24,000 nt of DNA, taken from the NCBI GenBank assembly GCA_030840295.1, contig JAVEET010000036.1:1-24000 (forward strand), in the 5' to 3' direction. Positions 8,578 through 19,998 of this stretch are shown in pieces. This stretch comes from Pseudonocardiales bacterium (GTDB taxonomy: Bacteria; Actinomycetota; Actinomycetes; Mycobacteriales; Jatrophihabitantaceae). Within the stretch, counting starts at the first letter, position 1. The number at the start of each line of letters is the position of its first letter. The position numbers and the translations under genes are program-made. The notes beneath the pieces are model-generated. The model did not search any database. It saw only the letters and a program-made list of their open reading frames with translations, and was not told the DNA's origin.

Positions 8578-8787
8578 TCGCCGACCTCCACCCTTGGCTG
8601 GATGAATGCTGCGCAGGTGTTCCCGCTGCTTTAACAATACGAGCCGAGACCGTGATGAGGATCTCAGATTGAGACGGTCGCCCGCGGCGCGCGGGGATGA
8701 AATGACTATCTCACGTCGCTCGACGCTCCGCACGCCGCAGGAGCCAGCGACAACTGACCGTCATCTCAGATCGAGGAGGAACACACG

Positions 8788-10437
8788 GTGAGCAGACAGA
8801 GCCTCAGCAAGGCCCACGAGAAGATCACCGAACTCTCGTGGGAACCGACCTTCGCCACACCGGCGACGCGGTTCGGTACCGACTATAAGTTCGACAAATC
8901 ACCCAAAAAGGATCCATTGAAGCAGATCCTCCGTTCCTATTTCCCCATGGAGGAGGAGAAGGACAACCGGGTCTTCGGCGCGATGGACGGCGCGATCCGG
9001 GGCAACATGTTCCGGCAGGTGCAGGAGCGATGGATGGAATGGCAGAAGCTCTTCCTGTCCATCATCCCGTTCCCGGAGATCTCGGCGGCCCGGGCTATGC
9101 CGCTGGCCATCGATGCGGTGCCCAACCCGCAGATCCACAACGGGCTCGCGGTGCAGATGATCGATGAGGTGCGCCACTCGACGATTCAGATGAACCTCAA
9201 GCGGCTGTACATGAACCACTACATCGACCCGGCCGGCTTCGACATCACCGAGAAGGGGTTCGCCAACAACTACGCCGGCACCATCGGGCGGCAGTTCGGT
9301 GAGGGCTTCATCACCGGTGACGCGATCACCGCCGCCAACGTCTACCTGACGCTGGTTGCCGAGACCGCGTTCACGAACACCCTCTTCGTGGCCATGCCCT
9401 CAGAGGCAGCCGCAAACGGCGACTACTTACTGCCGACCGTGTTCCACTCGGTGCAATCCGACGAATCGCGCCACATCAGCAACGGCTACTCCATCCTGCT
9501 GATGGCCCTGGCCGACGAAGACAACCGCCAGTTGCTAGAGCGCGATCTGCGCTACGCATGGTGGAACAACCACTGTGTGGTGGACGCCGCGATCGGAACC
9601 TTCATCGAGTACGGCACCAAGGATCGCCGCAAGGACCGCGACTCCTACGCCGAGATGTGGCGACGGTGGATCTATGACGACTACTACCGCAGCTACCTGA
9701 TGCCGCTGGAGAAGTACGGGCTGGTTATCCCGCACGACCTGGTCGAGGAAGCCTGGGACCGCATCTACAACAAGCATTACGTCCACCGGGTAGCGCAGTT
9801 CTTCGCCACCGGTTGGCCGGTCAATTACTGGCGCATCGATGCCATGACCGACAAGGACTTCGAGTGGTTCGAACACAAGTACCCAGGGTGGTACGACCAG
9901 TTCGGTGCCTGGTGGGAGGCCTACAGCCGGCTCGCCTACCCGGGCAAGAACAAGCCGATCGCGTTCGAGAACGTCGGCTATGAGTACCCCCACCGCTGCT
10001 GGACCTGCATGGTACCGGCCCTGATCCGCGAGGACTTGGTCGTGGAGAAGGTGGACAACCAGTGGCGCACGTACTGTTCGGAGACTTGCTACTGGACCGA
10101 CGCGGTCGCGTTCCGTCCGGAGTACCAGGGCCGGGAGACGCCGAGCATGGGCCGGCTCACCGGCGACCGGGAGTGGGAGACCCTGCACCACGGCCGGGAT
10201 CTCGCCGACATCATCTCCGATCTCGGCTACGTCCGCGACGACGGCAAGACCCTCATCCCGCAGCCGCACCTGGACCTGTCGGATCCGAAGAAGCTCTGGA
10301 CGCTCGACGACGTCAGAGGCATCGAGTTCGGCAGTCCGAACGTGACGCTCAACAATATGACCGAGTCCGAGCGCGAGGCCTTTGCTTCGTCGTACCGCTC
10401 GAACCCCAACCGGACGCCGTCAACGGCCAAGGTCTGA
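8788..10437 (+). CDS. prmA: Soluble di-iron monooxygenase hydroxylase large (alpha) subunit, propane/acetone/phenol monooxygenase type (PrmA/MimA)
   Basis: 549 aa with a GTG start and GAGGAGGA 8 nt upstream. Two di-iron E-x2-H motifs are present (IDEVRH at 9163-9177, SDESRH at 9457-9474) plus upstream Glu ligand contexts ([18 protein letters not shown]). The N-terminus MSRQSL.KAH..I.EL.WEPTF matches my recollection of PrmA/MimA. Confidence 0.93.
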   Translation: MSRQSLSKAHEKITELSWEPTFATPATRFGTDYKFDKSPKKDPLKQILRSYFPMEEEKDNRVFGAMDGAIRGNMFRQVQERWMEWQKLFLSIIPFPEISAARAMPLAIDAVPNPQIHNGLAVQMIDEVRHSTIQMNLKRLYMNHYIDPAGFDITEKGFANNYAGTIGRQFGEGFITGDAITAANVYLTLVAETAFTNTLFVAMPSEAAANGDYLLPTVFHSVQSDESRHISNGYSILLMALADEDNRQLLERDLRYAWWNNHCVVDAAIGTFIEYGTKDRRKDRDSYAEMWRRWIYDDYYRSYLMPLEKYGLVIPHDLVEEAWDRIYNKHYVHRVAQFFATGWPVNYWRIDAMTDKDFEWFEHKYPGWYDQFGAWWEAYSRLAYPGKNKPIAFENVGYEYPHRCWTCMVPALIREDLVVEKVDNQWRTYCSETCYWTDAVAFRPEYQGRETPSMGRLTGDREWETLHHGRDLADIISDLGYVRDDGKTLIPQPHLDLSDPKKLWTLDDVRGIEFGSPNVTLNNMTESEREAFASSYRSNPNRTPSTAKV

Positions 10438-10456
10438 GCTAGCCACTCCCCGGAAC

Positions 10457-10495
10457 CAGGACGGGGTGGTGGTTCCGCTCCGCCACCCCGTCCTG
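10457..10495 (+). promoter_or_regulatory. GC-rich intercistronic stem-loop between the alpha-subunit and reductase genes
   Basis: CAGGACGGGGTGG (10457-10469) is the perfect reverse complement of CCACCCCGTCCTG (10483-10495), with a 13-nt loop. It lies in the 98-bp gap, upstream of the AAGGAGG RBS of the reductase gene. Confidence 0.6.
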
Positions 10496-10535
10496 CCCGA
10501 CTGCACCCTGACTTTCCCCCGCTGAAGGAGGCCTA

Positions 10536-11573
10536 ATGAGCGAGACCCACAATGTGCGGTTCGAACCGGTCGGCATCGACATCGAGGTCTCCGAGGACGA
10601 GACCGTGCTGGACGCCGCGTTCCGGCAGGGCGTGATGTTGATGCACGGCTGCAAGGAAGGGCAGTGCTCAGCCTGCAAATCGTTCCTGCTGGACGGGGAC
10701 ATGCAGATGGACCGTTATTCGACCTTTGCGCTAGCCGACTACGAGTCCGACGAAGGCTACGTGCTGTTGTGCCGTGCGCACGCCTACTCCGACCTCGAAG
10801 TTGAACTGATCAACTTTGACGAGGAGATGATCCACTCCGGGCTGCCGGTGGTCACGGTCACCGCCACGATCACAGAGCTGACCAACCTCACCTCCGACAT
10901 CACCCGGATGGTGCTGACCCTTGCCGAACCCGGGTCCTTGCGCTTCTACCCCGGGCAATATGTGGATATTCAGATACCGGGTCACGTCGAGCACCGCTCG
11001 TTCTCGATGGCCGCACCGGCGTCCCCGGACGGCCGCTTGGAATTCATCATCAAGCGCTACCCCGGTGGGCACTTCTCCGGTCTGCTCTCCGACAAGCTGA
11101 CCGCCGGGGACAGCCTCGAGGTCAGTGGCCCGTACGGCACGTTCACCCTCAAAGCCAGCTCCGACCGCCGGCTGGTGTTTGCCGCAGGCGGTGCCGGTAT
11201 GGCACCGGTGTTGGCACTGCTGCGCCAACTGGCCGAGGCCGGCAGCGAGCGGGCGATGAGTTTCTACTATGGCGCGCGGACCGAATCGGACCTGATCTGT
11301 GACGCCGAGTTGACCGAGCTCAAGGCCAGGTTGCCGCAGCTGACGTTCATTCCGTGCCTGTCCGAGTCCTGGCCCGATCACTGGGACCCGGCCACCACCG
11401 GTTTCGTGCACGACGTAGTGGAGCGGCACGAGACGCATTTGACTGACAGCGACGTCTACCTGTGCGGACCGCCGCCGATGATCGATGCCGCGCTGGCCCT
11501 ACTGAGCGGCCAGTCCGTTCCGCAGGAGCAAATCCACTTCGACAAGTTCACCGTCACGGCCGAATCCGGCTGA
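10536..11573 (+). CDS. prmB: Monooxygenase NADH:acceptor reductase component (plant-type 2Fe-2S ferredoxin domain plus FAD/NAD-binding FNR-like domain; PrmB/MimB)
   Basis: 345 aa with the Cys cluster CKEGQCSACKS...LLCRA, the FAD motif RSFSMA and the NAD motif AAGGAGMAP. AAGGAGG lies upstream of the ATG. Confidence 0.92.
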   Translation: MSETHNVRFEPVGIDIEVSEDETVLDAAFRQGVMLMHGCKEGQCSACKSFLLDGDMQMDRYSTFALADYESDEGYVLLCRAHAYSDLEVELINFDEEMIHSGLPVVTVTATITELTNLTSDITRMVLTLAEPGSLRFYPGQYVDIQIPGHVEHRSFSMAAPASPDGRLEFIIKRYPGGHFSGLLSDKLTAGDSLEVSGPYGTFTLKASSDRRLVFAAGGAGMAPVLALLRQLAEAGSERAMSFYYGARTESDLICDAELTELKARLPQLTFIPCLSESWPDHWDPATTGFVHDVVERHETHLTDSDVYLCGPPPMIDAALALLSGQSVPQEQIHFDKFTVTAESG

Positions 11574-11649
11574 ACACCCACCGAGGTCGACCAATCCGCG
11601 GGCGAGTCAGCCCGGACCCACCCAGAACCGCACAGAGAGAAGGCACTTC

Positions 11650-12762
11650 ATGAACGCACCGGTCAAGCAAGCGCCCGCGAAGGCGCCCCAGAGCTTCCCG
11701 AAGCCGGAGTTCACCGGCGCAGAGGCGGGGATGCAGACCTTTCCCAGTTCCACCAGCCGTTCCTACAACTACTTCAAGCCGCAGAAGATGCGCGCGACTG
11801 TGTATGAGGACGTCACGATAGACGTCCAGCCTGATCCCGAGCGGCATCTGAGCCAGGGCTGGCTCTACGGCTTCGCCAAGAGCCCCGGCGGCTATCCGCA
11901 GGACTGGACCGTGCTCAAGAGTGGCAACTGGCACGCCTTCCTCGACCCGAACGAGGAATGGGAGCAGACGATCTACCGCAACAACTCCAACATCGTCCGG
12001 CAGATCGAGCTGAACCTGCAGAACGCCAAGGAGGCCGGCGCGTACGCACACTGGTCGCCGACCTGGATCCGGTTCGTGGCCGACAACGTCGGTGCCTGGA
12101 TGCACGCCGAGCACGGTCTGGGCATGCACGTCTTCGTCTCTGCGCAGCGCTCGGCGCCCACGAATATGATCAACAACGCGGTGTGTGTGAACAGTGTCCA
12201 CCGGCTGCGCTTCGCCCAGGACCTCGCGCTATACAACCTGGACCTGTCCGAATCCATCGAGGCGTTCGATGGCAAGGCGCACAAGGATGTCTGGAAAAGC
12301 AGCCCCTTCTGGCAGGGCGTGCGGGAGAACGTCGAGCGGCTGACCGCCATCGGAGACTGGGCCGAGGCCATCTTCGCCACCAACGTGGTGTTCGAACCGC
12401 TGGTCGGAGTGCTGTTCCGAAGCGACCTGCTGATGCAGATCGCCGCGCGGAACGGCGACTACATCACGCCCACCTTGATCGGCGCCGGTGAGAACGACTA
12501 CAACCGCGATCTGCGTTACACCCGGGCGCTTTTCTCGCTGCTGGCCAACGACGCCGAGTACGGCGAGGCGAACCGGGCCGTCATGCAGTCATGGCTCGAC
12601 AAATGGGTGCCGGTCAGCCGGCACGCCGCGGTCGAGCTGCAGCCGATCTGGTCGCAGCCCTCAGAACGCACCATCACCTTCGCCGAGTCGTTCGCAGCCG
12701 CAACCGCTGACTTCAACACCCTCATCGCCGATTTCGGCCTCACCTCCCCGAAGGAGAAGTAG
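11650..12762 (+). CDS. prmC: Soluble di-iron monooxygenase hydroxylase small (beta) subunit (PrmC/MimC)
   Basis: 370 aa. Its position between the reductase and coupling protein is as in prm/mim/thm clusters. It is a helical ferritin-like protein lacking the full E-x2-H pairs. GAGAGAAGG lies upstream. Confidence 0.85.
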   Translation: MNAPVKQAPAKAPQSFPKPEFTGAEAGMQTFPSSTSRSYNYFKPQKMRATVYEDVTIDVQPDPERHLSQGWLYGFAKSPGGYPQDWTVLKSGNWHAFLDPNEEWEQTIYRNNSNIVRQIELNLQNAKEAGAYAHWSPTWIRFVADNVGAWMHAEHGLGMHVFVSAQRSAPTNMINNAVCVNSVHRLRFAQDLALYNLDLSESIEAFDGKAHKDVWKSSPFWQGVRENVERLTAIGDWAEAIFATNVVFEPLVGVLFRSDLLMQIAARNGDYITPTLIGAGENDYNRDLRYTRALFSLLANDAEYGEANRAVMQSWLDKWVPVSRHAAVELQPIWSQPSERTITFAESFAAATADFNTLIADFGLTSPKEK

Positions 12763-12764
12763 AC

Positions 12765-13118
12765 GTGACCAGCTCATCAGTCAGCTTCGATGTCAACCGG
12801 ACCTCGTCGAACATGTGCGGTGTGACTCTGATGAACAACCAGAACGGCTACGTCGTAGCCGAGGTGATGGGCAAGAAAGAAGGCATCACCATCACCGAGT
12901 ACCCCTCGATGATCCGGGTCGACGGCGGCAGCAAAATCGTCTTCGACTACGCGGAGATCACCGAGGCGCTGGGCAGCGACTTCGACGGCTCGGACTTCGA
13001 GGAGATCATGTCCACCCATTACGGGCGGATGGTCCACCTCGATGACAAGACCATCATGTTCGCCAATCCCGAGGACGCGGCCGAGTACATCGACTTCGAC
13101 CTGACGCCGGTCGACTGA
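12765..13118 (+). CDS. prmD: Monooxygenase coupling/effector protein (MmoB/DmpM family; PrmD/MimD)
   Basis: 117 aa with a GTG start 2 nt after the beta-subunit stop. Size and position are typical of SDIMO effector proteins. Confidence 0.85.
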   Translation: MTSSSVSFDVNRTSSNMCGVTLMNNQNGYVVAEVMGKKEGITITEYPSMIRVDGGSKIVFDYAEITEALGSDFDGSDFEEIMSTHYGRMVHLDDKTIMFANPEDAAEYIDFDLTPVD

Positions 13119-13162
13119 GCGCTCGGTCGAGACCAACTCCAATAGCGGAAAGGGAGAATGCC

Positions 13163-14191
13163 ATGTACAGCAAGGATGGCGAGCAGTACTTCATCGTGGA
13201 TGCCCACATCGCCCTCTGGGACGGTAGCGCGAGGAACCTGAAGAACGTCCATGGCAAGCAGTTCATCGACTGCTTCTACGACTACCACAAGAACCTCAGT
13301 CCGGCCGAGGTCGTCTGGCCTTACGACGAATACACCTATTACGGCGGCGACCGCCTGATGAAGGACCTGTTCACCGACGGGTACGTCGACCACGCCATTT
13401 TCCAACCGGCGCGGTTGGCAGATTTCTATCACAACGGTTTCGGCCAGACCGAGGAAGCGTGGGCGCTGACCCAGGCCCATCCGGACAAGCTGACCTATAA
13501 CCATTACTTCGATCCTCGGGACGAGCAGGCCGGCCTTGACCAGTTGCGGCTGGACGCCGAACGCTTCGGGCTCAAGGGCGTCAAGCTGTACACGGCTGAC
13601 TGGCACGGCGACTCGCGGGGCTACAAGCTGAGCGATCCGTGGACGTACCGATACATGGAAGCGTGTCGGGAACTCGGCATCACCAACATCCACGTACACA
13701 AGGGCCCGACGATCCGCCCGTTGGACCGCGATGCTTTCGATGTCGCCGACATCGACGCGGTCGCAACCGACTTCACGGACCTGAACTTCGTGGTCGAGCA
13801 TTGCGGGCTGCCCCGGTTGGAAGACTTCTGCTGGATCGCCACGCAAGAGCCCAACGTGCACGCCGGTCTCGCGGTGGCGATGCCGTTCATTCATACCCGG
13901 CCGCGGTATTTCGCCCAGATCATCGGCGAGCTGCTCTACTGGGTGGGCGAGGACAAGATCCAGTTCTCCAGCGACTACGCGCTCTGGACGCCCAAGTGGC
14001 TGATCGAGAAATTCGTGGACTTCCAGATTCCGGAGGACATGACCGAGTACCCCCAGCTCACCACCGACGTCAAGAAGAAGGTCCTGGGGCTCAATGCCGC
14101 CGCGATGTACGGCATCGAGGTTCCCCCGGAACTGGCGATCAAGATTCCCGCTGAGCCGGAGGCAGAGGTAGCGGTCGGGGCCTCGGCATGA
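13163..14191 (+). CDS. Amidohydrolase-2 (metal-dependent TIM-barrel hydrolase) family protein, conserved accessory gene of prm/mim clusters
   Basis: 342 aa with an early FIVDAHIALWD motif, later HVHKG and VVEHCG segments, and a late SSDYALW, consistent with the PF04909-type amidohydrolase fold. AAGGGAGAA RBS. Confidence 0.75.
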   Translation: MYSKDGEQYFIVDAHIALWDGSARNLKNVHGKQFIDCFYDYHKNLSPAEVVWPYDEYTYYGGDRLMKDLFTDGYVDHAIFQPARLADFYHNGFGQTEEAWALTQAHPDKLTYNHYFDPRDEQAGLDQLRLDAERFGLKGVKLYTADWHGDSRGYKLSDPWTYRYMEACRELGITNIHVHKGPTIRPLDRDAFDVADIDAVATDFTDLNFVVEHCGLPRLEDFCWIATQEPNVHAGLAVAMPFIHTRPRYFAQIIGELLYWVGEDKIQFSSDYALWTPKWLIEKFVDFQIPEDMTEYPQLTTDVKKKVLGLNAAAMYGIEVPPELAIKIPAEPEAEVAVGASA

Positions 14192-14922
14192 GTGTCCCGC
14201 TGCTGCAGGCAGATGTGCTCAGCGCCGTCACTGCCGCATTGAGCACGGTGCGCGATCCCGAGCTGGACGAATCCATCGTCGATCTCGGCTTCGTCCGGCA
14301 GACCTCGGTCGTCGATGGTCATGCCGAGGTGCGGTTACGCCTGCCTACCTACTTCTGCGCACCGAACTTCGCCTACTTGATGGTGGCCGATGCCTACGAC
14401 GCGGTGAGTTCGGTGCCGGGCATCCACACCACCACCGTCCTGCTGGAGGACCACATGAACTCCGCCGAGATCAACGCCGGCGTGGCCAGTCGGGCCGGCT
14501 TCGTCGGCTCGTTCGGGCCTGAGGCCACCGGTGAGCTGGATGATCTACGGCTGACGTTTCAGCGCAAGGCGCACACCGCATGCCTGGAACGTGCCTGCCA
14601 GCTGCTGATCGCCGCCGGCTGGTCCGTCGACGGACTCGCGTCGGCGCACCTCAGTGACCTGCCGAAAAGTGAGCAGCGGTCGAGTTTACTGCGTCGAAGA
14701 GGCGACATCGGCTTGTCGGTGGCCGAGGACGCCGCGCTGTTCGTGGATGACTGCGGCGAGCCGGTACCCGCTGAGCAGGTGCCGATGCGACTGCGGTTCG
14801 CCCGCGCCGTCCGGGTCAGCATCGACGGAAACGCTCACTTTTGCCGGGGGTTGCTCACCACTCGGTATCCCGATGCGGTCGCCGACCAAAAACCCCTTCG
14901 ACCGGGCCAGGAGGCGATCTGA
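14188..14922 (+). CDS. DUF59 (MIP18/SufT-like metal-cluster assembly) domain protein with a C-terminal extension of about 140 aa of unknown function
   Basis: 244 aa. The N-terminal VRDPELDESIVDLGFV...V.L.LPTYFCAP is a DUF59 signature. Its start overlaps the amidohydrolase stop (ATGA at 14188-14191). Confidence 0.75.
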   Translation: MSVPLLQADVLSAVTAALSTVRDPELDESIVDLGFVRQTSVVDGHAEVRLRLPTYFCAPNFAYLMVADAYDAVSSVPGIHTTTVLLEDHMNSAEINAGVASRAGFVGSFGPEATGELDDLRLTFQRKAHTACLERACQLLIAAGWSVDGLASAHLSDLPKSEQRSSLLRRRGDIGLSVAEDAALFVDDCGEPVPAEQVPMRLRFARAVRVSIDGNAHFCRGLLTTRYPDAVADQKPLRPGQEAI

Positions 14923-17654
<2,732 letters not shown>

Positions 17655-17702
17655 ATCGGCCGGCGTGGACGTTACCTCGACTATCGGAATCGGGAGGCTG
17701 CC

Positions 17703-18989
17703 GTGAACCCAGCGCCCGCCCGGTTGGCCCCTCCCGATCCGCCGAGCAGCGTCACTTCGAGTTTCGATCCGCGCAGTGGCCGTGGTTTTCTGGCTCGGGG
17801 CCGACTGCTCGGTCTGATCGGTCCTGCCTTCGTGGCCGCCGTAGCGTTCGTCGACCCGGGCAACATCGCCATCAATGTGTCGGCCGGTGCCGATTACCGG
17901 TATTTGCTTCTCTGGACCGTGGTGACCGCCAGCCTGATGGCGATGGTCGTGCAGTACCTTTCGGCCAAGCTAGGTCTGGCCACTGGGTACAGCCTGGCCG
18001 AGGTCTGCCGCGAGAACAGCAGCACCCCGGTGCGGATCATGTTGTGGCTGGTCGCAGAACTCGTCGTCATCATGACGGATGTGGCCGAGTTCGTCGGCGG
18101 CGCCATCGCGCTGAACCTGCTGTTCGATATCCCGATGTTGACCGGGGGCCTCATCGTCGCAGCGACCACCTTATGCATTCTCAGGTTGCGGATTCGAGGA
18201 CGCGACGGTTTTCCGGTTGTCGTGGTAGCGCTGTTGATGGTGTTGCTACTGGCCTTCGCCTACCTGATAGCGCGTTCGTCGCTCAGCCCGGCTGCCGCGG
18301 TCTCAGGGCTCGTGCCAAGGCTCGGCGATTCCCATAGCGTCCTGCTCGCATGTGGGATCGTCGGCGCCACGGTGATGCCGCACGCCGTCTTCCTGCATTC
18401 CTCGTTGGTCAGCGGCCTCGATGCGAATGTTCGCTCGATTCGTACAAGGGTGATGCTCCGCTTCCTGCGTCGTGACGTGGTAATCGCCATGGGGATTGCC
18501 GGGTTGGTCAATGTGCTCATGCTGCTGGTCGCGACCTCGCTTCCCGCCGGGGCCGGGAACTCGCTTTCGGATGTGCACAGTGCCTTTGCCCAGGCGCGAG
18601 GTGCGTTGTTCGCCGGGGTATTCGCGGTCGGACTGTTGGCCTCGGGTCTGGCTTCGGCATGTGCTGGCGTTTACAGCGGCCAGGCCGTGATGCAAGGCTT
18701 CCTGCAGCGAAACAGTAGTGTTTGGCTGCGCCGGGCGGTTTCCTCAGTGCCGGCCCTCATCGTTCTGGCGCTCGTCTCAGATCCCACCCAGGCTCTCATC
18801 GCCAGCCAGGTCGTACTGTCGTTCGGTCTGCCCTTCGCACTCATTCCCTTGATGATGTTCACCGCCCGCCGATCGCTGATGGGGCAGTTCACGAACCGAA
18901 CTCTCACGACGATGGCCGGGCTGCTGATCACCGCGATCGTGCTGTCACTCAACGGATTCCTGCTTGCCCGCCTGTTTCTGACCGGGTAG
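17703..18989 (+). CDS. mntH: Nramp-family divalent metal (Mn2+/Fe2+):H+ symporter MntH
   Basis: 428 aa and polytopic. The Nramp signature AFVDPGNIAINVSAGADYRYLLLW and the later GATVMPHAVFLHS are present. GTG start with GGGAGG 6 nt upstream. It sits only 48 bp after groL with no hairpin between. Confidence 0.88.
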   Translation: MNPAPARLAPPDPPSSVTSSFDPRSGRGFLARGRLLGLIGPAFVAAVAFVDPGNIAINVSAGADYRYLLLWTVVTASLMAMVVQYLSAKLGLATGYSLAEVCRENSSTPVRIMLWLVAELVVIMTDVAEFVGGAIALNLLFDIPMLTGGLIVAATTLCILRLRIRGRDGFPVVVVALLMVLLLAFAYLIARSSLSPAAAVSGLVPRLGDSHSVLLACGIVGATVMPHAVFLHSSLVSGLDANVRSIRTRVMLRFLRRDVVIAMGIAGLVNVLMLLVATSLPAGAGNSLSDVHSAFAQARGALFAGVFAVGLLASGLASACAGVYSGQAVMQGFLQRNSSVWLRRAVSSVPALIVLALVSDPTQALIASQVVLSFGLPFALIPLMMFTARRSLMGQFTNRTLTTMAGLLITAIVLSLNGFLLARLFLTG

Positions 18990-19017
18990 GCGCCCCAGCC
19001 ATGACGAGGAGCTGATC

Positions 19018-19239
19018 ATGTCGCAGACAATGTTGGCCATTACTGCAATTGCCTGCTTGGTATCGACGTCGATGTGGCTGTCGTTGCGGGTCGCTGCGGC
19101 TTCGGACCTGGCGGTCTTGCCATCGAGCAGTCGGCGGCGACTGCTGTGGTGTCGGCTGAATGCCAGAACCGTATATCTCGTATGCGGTGGTGTCGGGCTC
19201 ATCGCCATCGTGCTGCAGGTCCGCCTCCTGATGAGCTGA
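19018..19239 (+). CDS. Small hypothetical membrane protein (73 aa, two predicted TM helices)
   Basis: The ATG is preceded by GAGGAG, 28 nt after the mntH stop. Hydrophobic segments are MLAITAIACLVSTSMWLSL and VYLVCGGVGLIAIVLQV. GC3 is about 74 percent by my count, lower than in neighbouring genes. Confidence 0.4.
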   Translation: MSQTMLAITAIACLVSTSMWLSLRVAAASDLAVLPSSSRRRLLWCRLNARTVYLVCGGVGLIAIVLQVRLLMS

Positions 19240-19331
19240 TCGGTAGAAAGCAGCATCTCGGCGGTCTCGGTCGCTGAACCAGCTGTGCCTCGGCACTGAG
19301 CCCCGGCACACGACTTCAAGGAGGAACGCTC

Positions 19332-19904
19332 ATGACCGAACTGATGGCTGATACCTCGCCATCCGCGCAGAACTGGCAGGACTCGAGCCTGGCCGGTTTG
19401 CGCGCCATCGAGATCGAGGCGATGCCGTCTTTCGAAGTCCTGCTTCTCGACGACATCGCGGTCTACGCCATGGGTTCCGGCCCGCTGGCGCCGCCGTTCA
19501 CCGTCGAGCACGGTAGCCGCGTCGTCAGTGCTCTGCTCGGTGCCGTCATCAACTCCGCGCGCTATACGCCCACCCAGACTCCCGTCGCCTCGCGCAACAT
19601 GGCGACTGTTCGAGAGCGCTTCGTGCGTGGTGCACGGGATTTTGCCGCTCGCGGTCGGCCGGGCCTGAGCCAGCTGGTCAACCGGATCATTCCGGCGGCT
19701 CTCGGAGAGCTGGAGATCCACAAGGATGCGCCGGAAGACCAGACCCGGTCGCTCTTCTACTACGCGGTGTTAGCGGTGGCCTCGGGTCCGTTGAACCTGC
19801 TGGAGGAAGACGCGGCCGCTGGTGCGCTGGAACTCTTCGACGCCTGGGACGAGGTGTTCGGCAGCGGCTTCGTCCTGCCATGGCGGCAAGAGGTCCCGGC
19901 CTAG
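19332..19904 (+). CDS. Hypothetical protein (190 aa), no family recognised
   Basis: A strong RBS (AAGGAGGA) lies 6 nt upstream of the ATG, and third-position GC is high throughout. A competing 258-aa minus-strand ORF looks like a GC shadow. Confidence 0.65.
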   Translation: MTELMADTSPSAQNWQDSSLAGLRAIEIEAMPSFEVLLLDDIAVYAMGSGPLAPPFTVEHGSRVVSALLGAVINSARYTPTQTPVASRNMATVRERFVRGARDFAARGRPGLSQLVNRIIPAALGELEIHKDAPEDQTRSLFYYAVLAVASGPLNLLEEDAAAGALELFDAWDEVFGSGFVLPWRQEVPA

Positions 19905-19998
19905 ACTCAGCACGCCTTCGGTAGGCCCTCCGACTGTCGACCCGGCACCTCGATACCGGGCTTACCACGATCCAGCGGGTGACCTTCGCGCCCAGATC

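Noticed and set aside
8595-8610. TGGCTGGATGAATGCT, with GG/GC at the exact sigma-54 -24/-12 spacing upstream of the monooxygenase operon.
   Set aside because: I did not call it as a promoter. Actinobacteria are generally considered to lack RpoN, and the adjacent regulator lacks a GAFTGA loop. The motif overlaps the regulator's own translation-initiation region, would imply a leader of about 165 nt, and a single GG-N10-GC match in GC-rich DNA can arise by chance. It is kept only as a note within the regulator finding.
8578-8733. N-terminal 52-codon extension of the regulator (ORF-track start at 8733).
   Set aside because: The extension is Arg/Ser-rich without homology to AcoR/MimR N-termini. 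The GTG at 8577 has a GGAGG RBS, and choosing it frees a sensible 210-bp divergent promoter region.
8606-8791. 61-codon upstream ORF whose TGA overlaps the GTG start of the alpha-subunit gene (GTGA).
   Set aside because: GC3 is only about 66 percent by my count, there is no RBS, and the peptide is highly basic and low-complexity. It more likely arises from a chance open frame in the promoter/leader region. It would be worth revisiting only if ribosome profiling shows occupancy.
18945-19721. 258-aa minus-strand ORF spanning the region of the two small plus-strand ORFs.
   Set aside because: Its composition is Arg/Ser/Asp-rich with no recognisable domains. The plus-strand ORFs each have a strong Shine-Dalgarno sequence and the expected third-position GC bias.
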